From a virus (lineage: Duplodnaviria; Caudoviricetes): a stretch of 64,000 nucleotides of DNA. Numbering within the stretch: the stretch's first letter is position 1; each line of letters begins with the position of its first letter. The translations under genes were made by a program, and so were the position numbers. Positions 9,373 through 15,662 of the stretch are shown here, one piece after another. The DNA lies in the IMG/VR virus record IMGVR_UViG_3300033064_001044, positions 1,428 through 65,427 of that record; one strand, written 5' to 3'. The notes beneath the pieces are model-generated. The model searched no databases. It was not told the origin of the DNA and was given only the letters and a program-made list of their open reading frames with translations.

Positions 9373-10000
9373 TACACCCGAAATCAAATTAGTAAAGACT
9401 TCAAGAGGTTCTACCTATCGCATGAAAAAGAAAGAGATAGTCAGGGTTCAGAAATCCAATCTGACTTTGCCTTACGAAGTTGGCAAACTTCTTAGGGGAT
9501 TGGCTATGCCTCAAAAGAAGGCTTACTGCTTACTTCTTATAGAAGGTAGTTGGACACTACAAAGTATCGCTAACGAACTTCTTTGCCACAGACAAACTGT
9601 TCTTGATTACACAAGGTCTAAAGAAGCACAAGACGCTGATGTATTAGCAAGCGTTTGGGATTTACCAATTCCAAAGTTGCCAAGAGTTGTTGTTGGTGAA
9701 GTCTATGAAAAAGATGTTGTTGAGCCTAACGCTGATGTTCTAAAGAGGTTATTAGAACTTCAACCTTTGGCACAGAAGGTTCGTAGTTACAGCCCAAAGT
9801 TTCGTGAGGAAGCAGAGGAATACACAAAACTATTAGCAGAGGAGATTGGTCGTGGAGTAACTGCGTATCAACTTTCTAAAGAACTTGGTATCACCATTGG
9901 TGCTATCAATTTCCGTCTCACACGATACGGATACAAGCCATTAGGCAAAGGCAAATCAAAAGCCTATAACACTATTCTTGAACAAAACCGACCACAATAA
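9365..10000 (+). CDS. putative DNA-binding protein with two HTH-like segments
   Basis: WTLQSIANELLCHRQTV and VTAYQLSKELGITIGAI. Confidence 0.7.
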   Translation: MSDTPEIKLVKTSRGSTYRMKKKEIVRVQKSNLTLPYEVGKLLRGLAMPQKKAYCLLLIEGSWTLQSIANELLCHRQTVLDYTRSKEAQDADVLASVWDLPIPKLPRVVVGEVYEKDVVEPNADVLKRLLELQPLAQKVRSYSPKFREEAEEYTKLLAEEIGRGVTAYQLSKELGITIGAINFRLTRYGYKPLGKGKSKAYNTILEQNRPQ

Positions 10001-10011
10001 GGAGGCAACAC

Positions 10012-10467
10012 ATGATTACAAAAGAACTAGAAACAACTACAACGACAACTAAATGGCAAGGAATAACTTTCGGGATAGAAACTATCTTGTCTGACTACGA
10101 CCAAATAGTTATAGATGTTCCTGTATTTCAAAGCGGTTACAACAACACTACTAATAATTGGGAAGTTGTGGCAACAGGTGAAACTCGTAAGTTTCGTTTA
10201 GAAAAAATTGAATACAGTTTGGTAAATAGAAAGAACGACTCTGTTGGTATTCACTCTTTGTATGGTAGAGGTTTCACAAAAGCCAACACCCTAAGGGTTC
10301 AAGGCAATTCTTTCTATAATGAACACATAACTGATGAAATCCTTGCTCAAATCCCTGACCACTATCACGACAAAGCAAAAGAACAGTTTTTACTAACTGC
10401 TAAAGAACTTACAGAGCAGATGAACACAATAAATGCCAACGGGCTATCACTAACACCACAAAGATAG
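10012..10467 (+). CDS. hypothetical protein
   Basis: 151 aa, AGGAGG RBS. Confidence 0.8.
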   Translation: MITKELETTTTTTKWQGITFGIETILSDYDQIVIDVPVFQSGYNNTTNNWEVVATGETRKFRLEKIEYSLVNRKNDSVGIHSLYGRGFTKANTLRVQGNSFYNEHITDEILAQIPDHYHDKAKEQFLLTAKELTEQMNTINANGLSLTPQR

Positions 10468-10475
10468 GAGGAACT

Positions 10476-11093
10476 ATGCCAAATCATTGTATAAGCACAC
10501 TAACAATTACTGGTAACTCAAAACAACTACACAAACTTCTAAAGCAAGTTGAAATAACAAAATCGGAAGCAACTCCAAGCCATGATGAACGAGAGTTCTC
10601 ATGCCACAAGATTATTCCGCGACCTGCTAAAGAAGATGATAATTGGTATAACTGGAACTCGGAGAACTGGGGAAGCAAGTGGGATTTAGCAGACTTTGAG
10701 TGGATAACTAACGATTGGGAAAACGGATTTGTTCATGCTTCTTTTTGGACAGCGTGGAGTCCTATTCCCCTTGTGTTAGAGAAGTTATCTAAACAACATA
10801 AGTCTTTAGAAATGACTTACCGCTTCCATGATGAAGGGGCTGGTTTCTACGGCACTTACTCTTTCAAGGGTGGAGTGCTAACAGTTGATGAGGAAGGTGA
10901 GTCCTTCACCTGTGATGTTAGAACTCGCTACTGGGGATACTCGGAACACCATTACTGTAAAGAGTGTGAAAATCACTTTGAGTGTCCTGATGAAAACTAC
11001 GAAGGCTCTATTGAGGAAATCTGTGAGGATTGTAAGACTTCTTTAGAAGCAACAGAGAAAGACTTATGGGAGGAGAAAGAAAGTGTTGCGTGA
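10476..11093 (+). CDS. DUF1281/YubB ferredoxin-like protein with C-terminal Cys cluster and ExxLW tag
   Basis: MPNHC start, WYNWNSENWGSKWD, FWTAWSP; ends LEATEKDLWEEKESVA. Confidence 0.8.
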   Translation: MPNHCISTLTITGNSKQLHKLLKQVEITKSEATPSHDEREFSCHKIIPRPAKEDDNWYNWNSENWGSKWDLADFEWITNDWENGFVHASFWTAWSPIPLVLEKLSKQHKSLEMTYRFHDEGAGFYGTYSFKGGVLTVDEEGESFTCDVRTRYWGYSEHHYCKECENHFECPDENYEGSIEEICEDCKTSLEATEKDLWEEKESVA

Positions 11094-11352
11094 ATTACCT
11101 ATGCTTCAACTCAAACGAGAACCGAATAAAAAAGGTGGGGGAAGTTACCTATCAAAAGACAAGCGTATCTATGTCCTCCGAAATGAGGACAACCTATGGG
11201 CGTGGGGATACCACGACTACAACGATAAGGGTGAGTTCATTGGTAGTCGTAATGGTGACGACTCTTTGTATGGCGCAAAGACACATTGTGTTGAAGCCAT
11301 AAACAAAGTTCTTTATGAACAAGCCTATGACGAAGCACTATGGCAAAACTAA
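11083..11352 (+). CDS. hypothetical protein with C-terminal DxxLW tag
   Basis: 89 aa ending YDEALWQN. Confidence 0.7.
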   Translation: MLRELPMLQLKREPNKKGGGSYLSKDKRIYVLRNEDNLWAWGYHDYNDKGEFIGSRNGDDSLYGAKTHCVEAINKVLYEQAYDEALWQN

Positions 11353-11414
11353 TGGATTACGAAACTGTAATTCTAATAACTGGGCAACCTTCTTTAGAAG
11401 GTATCAACCCGAAG

Positions 11415-11452
11415 TTGAATAAAGGAATAAATCAAGATAACCTGAGGTTATC
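11415..11452 (+). promoter_or_regulatory. putative sigmaA promoter overlapped by a palindromic operator
   Basis: TTGAAT-17 nt-TAACCT; GATAACCT-G-AGGTTATC at 11436-11452. Confidence 0.45.
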
Positions 11453-11473
11453 CATAACAGAGGAGGCAACAAC

Positions 11474-11677
11474 ATGGCAATAAAACATTACCTAGTGGAA
11501 TTGGCAACGGAAGTTCCAATCACTATCAACGATAAGAACCTAAAAGACAATTCAATTTATGAAACTGTCTTAGAGGCTACGCAACATTACATAAACGATT
11601 ACATAGAAACTGATGAGCAATTCTTTGTAAAGATTGTTGCGGAACAAACACATGAGGAGAGTGATACAAATGTCTAA
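11474..11677 (+). CDS. hypothetical protein
   Basis: 67 aa, GAGGAGG RBS. Confidence 0.7.
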   Translation: MAIKHYLVELATEVPITINDKNLKDNSIYETVLEATQHYINDYIETDEQFFVKIVAEQTHEESDTNV

Positions 11678-12428
11678 CAAGACACTACTACGCAAGAAAG
11701 CATTGGCAAAGAAAAGAATTGCGTCTAAGGTTTGGCGTGACTCTTTCAAAGAGTTGAAGTCGCGTTATCCTGTTGATTGGGAAGCGTTACACACAACAAC
11801 AAGTGGAGATAGAGAAGCAACAAGACGAGAACTAAGACGCTTGTATCCTGCTGACTTCGCTTCTATCTACACACGCCACGCAAAACAAAACGGCATAACG
11901 CCACACATCACCAACGAGATACATCAGGAAGGAGGTAGTCCAATCCAATCACAAAATCTGATAATCAAACAAACAGTAAAACAATCATCACCATCAGACT
12001 TCACAAAAGAAGGTTACTCTCTAATTGCTAGAGAACTTATGCCTTCTCCAAGCGGAGGAGTGTTCTCGTCAATGAGCCGAGTTCTATTCGCTGATAACAT
12101 AGACGGCACAGAGTTTGAAGCCGTTGGTTGTAACAAGTGCTTCATGTTGTTTAGAAATCTCCAAGCAACAGCACACCATGTCGGTAGAGTCCATAACGGC
12201 AAAACTGGCATACACAAAAAAGCAAAAGCAAAGGCAAAGCCAATCGCAAAGCCAATCGCAAAGCCTTCAACACAGCCTGTAGTATCAACAACACCGCTTA
12301 TCCCTACTGGCATTGACCCTGTAAAAGCCATTACAGACCTTGTAGCACAACGACAGTATTGGGAAGCACAAGCAAAGGCGTATGAGGAACAACTCAACGC
12401 AATCCGCAAAGCCTTCAACGGCAAGTAA
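11670..12428 (+). CDS. basic protein with C2H2-like zinc finger, AKPI repeats and C-terminal coiled coil
   Basis: GCNKCFMLF...HHVGRVH; start moved to the ATG after GAGGAG. Confidence 0.7.
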   Translation: MSNKTLLRKKALAKKRIASKVWRDSFKELKSRYPVDWEALHTTTSGDREATRRELRRLYPADFASIYTRHAKQNGITPHITNEIHQEGGSPIQSQNLIIKQTVKQSSPSDFTKEGYSLIARELMPSPSGGVFSSMSRVLFADNIDGTEFEAVGCNKCFMLFRNLQATAHHVGRVHNGKTGIHKKAKAKAKPIAKPIAKPSTQPVVSTTPLIPTGIDPVKAITDLVAQRQYWEAQAKAYEEQLNAIRKAFNGK

Positions 12429-12441
12429 TCTATTCACCAAC

Positions 12442-12478
12442 AAGTTGATAGGGGCAGTTGGTTTGCCCCTATCAACTT
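12442..12478. other. 15-bp stem-loop without U tract (RNA processing or stabilising hairpin)
   Basis: AAGTTGATAGGGGCA-gttggtt-TGCCCCTATCAACTT. Confidence 0.55.
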
Positions 12479-12497
12479 CTATAGAAGGGAGTATCCA

Positions 12498-12731
12498 ATG
12501 GATACTACGAAAGAAAAACAAACAGCAGAACAACTAATCATGGTGTCTCATAGCCTGAAACTATCAAGCGACATCTTTATTGAATTAGTTGAAAAAGGTT
12601 ATCGCCCTGAAAACATGGAGAACATCTATGCGTTCATGTTCGGTATGAGAACTACGGCTGACGCACTAGGTAATCTAATAGAAAGCCAAAAGGCATTACT
12701 GGTAGCCTCTAAAGACCTTGATAGCCTATAA
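12498..12731 (+). CDS. hypothetical protein
   Basis: 77 aa, AAGGGAG RBS. Confidence 0.7.
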   Translation: MDTTKEKQTAEQLIMVSHSLKLSSDIFIELVEKGYRPENMENIYAFMFGMRTTADALGNLIESQKALLVASKDLDSL

Positions 12732-12747
12732 AGAAAGGACAACAACT

Positions 12748-12954
12748 ATGGATTGGCTTACTACTAACGAAGTATCCGAAAAGACAGGATTGACTAGAGA
12801 TACTCTAAAGACTTATCTAAGCAATAAGTCAATGCCTCAACCTGACCACTACTTTCAACGAACACCTGTTTGGAAAGAGGAAACAATCAACGAGTGGATA
12901 ACGACAAGACAAAAGACAAAGCCTGTTCCTTCTAAAGAAGGTTCAGACTTCTAA
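12748..12954 (+). CDS. AlpA/excisionase-like winged-HTH protein
   Basis: WLTTNEVSEKTGLTRDTL...MPQPD...PVWKEETINEW; next to the recombinase. Confidence 0.8.
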   Translation: MDWLTTNEVSEKTGLTRDTLKTYLSNKSMPQPDHYFQRTPVWKEETINEWITTRQKTKPVPSKEGSDF

Positions 12955-12963
12955 ATAACTTAG

Positions 12964-13004
12964 AAGGGGAACGAGTTGCTTCGGCAACTTGTTCCCCTTT
13001 TTTT
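12964..13004 (+). terminator. intrinsic terminator
   Basis: AAGGGGAACGAGTTGC-TTCG-GCAACTTGTTCCCCTT followed by a T tract. Confidence 0.85.
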
Positions 13005-13011
13005 GTGCCCA

Positions 13012-13057
13012 AAAGTTACTGGTCAGTAACTTGGCTTTAGTCCTACTCGTTGGTAAC
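13012..13057. promoter_or_regulatory. palindromic site pair upstream of the recombinase (operator or recombination site)
   Basis: AAGTTACTGGTCAGTAACTT and a degenerate copy CCTACTCGTTGGTAAC. Confidence 0.4.
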
Positions 13058-13082
13058 ATAGGGGTTGAGGAGAGGAACTCAA

Positions 13083-14408
13083 ATGGCGTATGTAGTTACC
13101 CGAAATAAACGGCATACAGGCTATTACCGCAGAAGCGGTAAGGTTCAGAGTGCTGGAACTTATGGCACTAGAGCCAAAGCCTTGAACTCTGCCCTGCTCG
13201 CAGAGGAAGGCATAGTCTCAACTAACCCCGAACTAATTACAACCCTTGAAGCCTATGTAAAAGATTGGCTCATCAACCGAACAGATGTTCGGGTAATAAC
13301 AAAGAAAACTTATGCCATAACTCTAAAGAAGTATGCCCTACCTTCTTTGGGTCATAGACAAGTAACAGGCATAACTCGTAAAGATGTTAGGCAACTTATA
13401 GAGAAGTTGCTCTCCGAAGGTATAAGTCCTGCCACAGTTTCCCATGTAAAAACAGCGTTGGGTTCTGTGTTCAGGCAACTCGTTGAGGAAGAACAAATCC
13501 CCGCAAACCCTACGCATGGCATAAAGATAAAGACTTCTAAAGCAGACCCCACAAGTTCTTTAGAGCCTTCAGATTTCAAAAAAATTGTTGAGTCCCTGGA
13601 AACTGAAGGGGCAAAGATGTTTGCTCAATTCTTAGTTGCTTCAGGCTGCCGATTTGGAGAAGCCACAGAACTAAGAGTAAAAGACTTCAACTTCAAGTCA
13701 AAAGAAGTTTATGTTCGTAGAACTGTGAGTGATGTAGGCAAAGCCTTGAACAATGGAAGCCGTTTCCTTATCGTGCCTTCAACAAAGAACGGGCATAAAC
13801 GCACAGTAATCATCAACAAAAGCCTCAATGAAGCCCTAAAGAAGTATGTTCGGGATAGAAAATTAGGGGCTAATGATTTGCTGTTTTCCAAAGCCTTAGT
13901 GATAGAGTTTGGTAAAATAGTGACCACAGGTAGTCAATTGGAAAGGACTAAGAAGCCCTATACCGTTGGAAGTAGACTATTCCAACACGCAACTCCGTAC
14001 TCGTACAATGTCGGTGGGTGTAGGTGTGACCTGTGTAAACAAGCGGTCAGTAAGTATCGCAAACAATACAGAGAGGACAAATCAAAAGGTAGAGAAAGCC
14101 TAAGCCAAAGCCTTAGTCAAAGCCAAAGCCTTGACCAAAGCCTTGACCAAAGCCACCTCAGTCGTGACAAGTGGAGAACCACTTGGAACAAAGCCATAGA
14201 AAAGTCAGGTATTGGTTGGTATCCAAGAACGCATGACCTAAGACATGCCAACGCTACTCAACTCCTAAAGAGTGGGGTAGATGTGCATGAGGTCAAAGAG
14301 CGTTTGGGTCATCAGTCAATCACAACGACAGAGCGGTATCTACACCGTCTCCGTCACCAAAGTTCAAATGCTGCGGAAGCAGTAAATGATTACTTTGGGG
14401 AAAGGTGA
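13083..14408 (+). CDS. tyrosine recombinase/integrase with inserted Cys/His module
   Basis: GCRFGE (Arg), STKNG (Lys), HDLRH, LGHQS, TERY (Tyr); N-terminal SAM-like core-binding domain. Confidence 0.9.
   Translation: MAYVVTRNKRHTGYYRRSGKVQSAGTYGTRAKALNSALLAEEGIVSTNPELITTLEAYVKDWLINRTDVRVITKKTYAITLKKYALPSLGHRQVTGITRKDVRQLIEKLLSEGISPATVSHVKTALGSVFRQLVEEEQIPANPTHGIKIKTSKADPTSSLEPSDFKKIVESLETEGAKMFAQFLVASGCRFGEATELRVKDFNFKSKEVYVRRTVSDVGKALNNGSRFLIVPSTKNGHKRTVIINKSLNEALKKYVRDRKLGANDLLFSKALVIEFGKIVTTGSQLERTKKPYTVGSRLFQHATPYSYNVGGCRCDLCKQAVSKYRKQYREDKSKGRESLSQSLSQSQSLDQSLDQSHLSRDKWRTTWNKAIEKSGIGWYPRTHDLRHANATQLLKSGVDVHEVKERLGHQSITTTERYLHRLRHQSSNAAEAVNDYFGER
14095..14155 (+). repeat. coding tandem repeat of AAAGCC/CAAAGCCTTGAC units (SLSQSLSQSQSLDQSLDQS)
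   Basis: Direct repeats visible in both DNA and protein. Confidence 0.8.
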
Positions 14409-14414
14409 GAAACT

Positions 14415-14978
14415 ATGAAACTAACACAACGCGGAAAAAAAGTAGTTGTTATCGCAACTATAACAGTAGCAAGTTCATTGTTCTTTAGCGGTTTTGCAAT
14501 TGCTAAAGCACTTGAACCTTCGAAGGTAGTGGTTGTACAGCCAGTTCAACCCGCCCAATCAACAGTCGAGAAATCTCTAAAAGTAAGTCCGTCAGATAAG
14601 TTGGAAGAGTTGAGGCAAAAGCCTCAACTAACAAGACTTGAATTGAAAGCCTTACTAAAGGAAGTTGGGTTTGAGGGTAAAGCCTTGAGCCAAGCATGGG
14701 CTATTGCTATGCGTGAGAGTCGTGGTCGTTCTATTGCCTTCAATGGTAATGAAGAGACAGGCGATAACTCTTATGGACTCTTTCAAATAAACATGATTGG
14801 GAAAATGGGAGATGTACGCAGAGATAAGTTCAGCATGGTATCTAATGCAATGCTTTTAGACCCTGTGACAAATGCCCAAATTGCTCATTACATGAGCAAG
14901 GGTGGTGAAGATTGGTCAGCATGGAAAGGTATGACACCTCGTGCTAAAGAATGGCTAAAATCTTTTCCTAAAAACTAA
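14415..14978 (+). CDS. membrane-anchored lytic transglycosylase (SLT/lysozyme-like)
   Basis: N-terminal TM; AWAIAMRES, DNSYGLFQINM, DPVTNA, DWSAW. Confidence 0.85.
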   Translation: MKLTQRGKKVVVIATITVASSLFFSGFAIAKALEPSKVVVVQPVQPAQSTVEKSLKVSPSDKLEELRQKPQLTRLELKALLKEVGFEGKALSQAWAIAMRESRGRSIAFNGNEETGDNSYGLFQINMIGKMGDVRRDKFSMVSNAMLLDPVTNAQIAHYMSKGGEDWSAWKGMTPRAKEWLKSFPKN

Positions 14979-14984
14979 ATAAAG

Positions 14985-15019
14985 GAAAGCCCTCCTGTGT
15001 TGGTGACAGGAGGGCTTTC
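14985..15019. terminator. stem-loop terminator
   Basis: GAAAGCCCTCCTGT...ACAGGAGGGCTTTC directly after the SLT gene. Confidence 0.75.
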
Positions 15020-15054
15020 TGTTAGGATTACAGTTCTACAAAAGGAGAAAGCCT

Positions 15055-15213
15055 GTGGGCAAGCACTTAGATAAAATACAAGCAGCATTATTAGTTAGAC
15101 AAGCAAGTATGCCAAAAGGAGAAGGATTCAAAAAACCTGGAAGCATGAACCCACGAAAAACGGGTTACATGAGCATAAGGTCAGACCAAGCAAAGAAGAT
15201 TTTAGGTAAGTAA
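15055..15213 (+). CDS. small basic protein (52 aa, not in ORF track)
   Basis: GTG start, AAAGGAG RBS; MGKHLDKIQAAL...KKPGSMNPRKTG; flanked by terminators. Confidence 0.7.
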   Translation: MGKHLDKIQAALLVRQASMPKGEGFKKPGSMNPRKTGYMSIRSDQAKKILGK

Positions 15214-15221
15214 TAATTACT

Positions 15222-15258
15222 AAAGACCCATTAGCCAAGTGCTAGTGGGTCTTTTTTT
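15222..15258 (+). terminator. intrinsic terminator
   Basis: AAAGACCCATTAGC...GCTAGTGGGTCTTTTTTT. Confidence 0.8.
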
Positions 15259-15266
15259 GTATCATA

Positions 15267-15659
15267 ATGAGCATGGAAGCAATGCCTTTAGCACATGCAG
15301 GAGACCGTTCGTTCGAAAGAGACGTGTCTTGGCCCGCAGTTCAGCATGTTGTAAAGCATGGACAGCAAACAGAGCAAGACAACGGAAACATAAAGCATGT
15401 GGGGTATCACAAGAGCGATACTGACCACGAATACACCGTTGTAACAACTCCACACCCTAAGCACATTGTTACAGTTTTTAAAAATTACCAGCCTTTAGAG
15501 AAACTTCTTTCCGAAAGACAACAGGCAAACAAAGACGAAGCCTCAGCCAGAGGTGTTGAACAAGAGAAGGTAAATACTTCTGCTCGTCGTAAAAAACTAC
15601 AACTAGAGAAGAAGCGTTTGCGTTCTGCTAAAAACAATAACAAAAATACAGGTAAGTAA
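15267..15659 (+). CDS. DUF4258-like putative RNase domain with basic tail
   Basis: HAGDRSFERDVS...VVKHG...IVTVF pattern. Confidence 0.55.
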   Translation: MSMEAMPLAHAGDRSFERDVSWPAVQHVVKHGQQTEQDNGNIKHVGYHKSDTDHEYTVVTTPHPKHIVTVFKNYQPLEKLLSERQQANKDEASARGVEQEKVNTSARRKKLQLEKKRLRSAKNNNKNTGK

Positions 15660-15662
15660 GTA

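Noticed and set aside
11352-11483. 43-codon ORF bridging two early genes
   Set aside because: No clear RBS, and the interval carries promoter and palindrome features; left unannotated.
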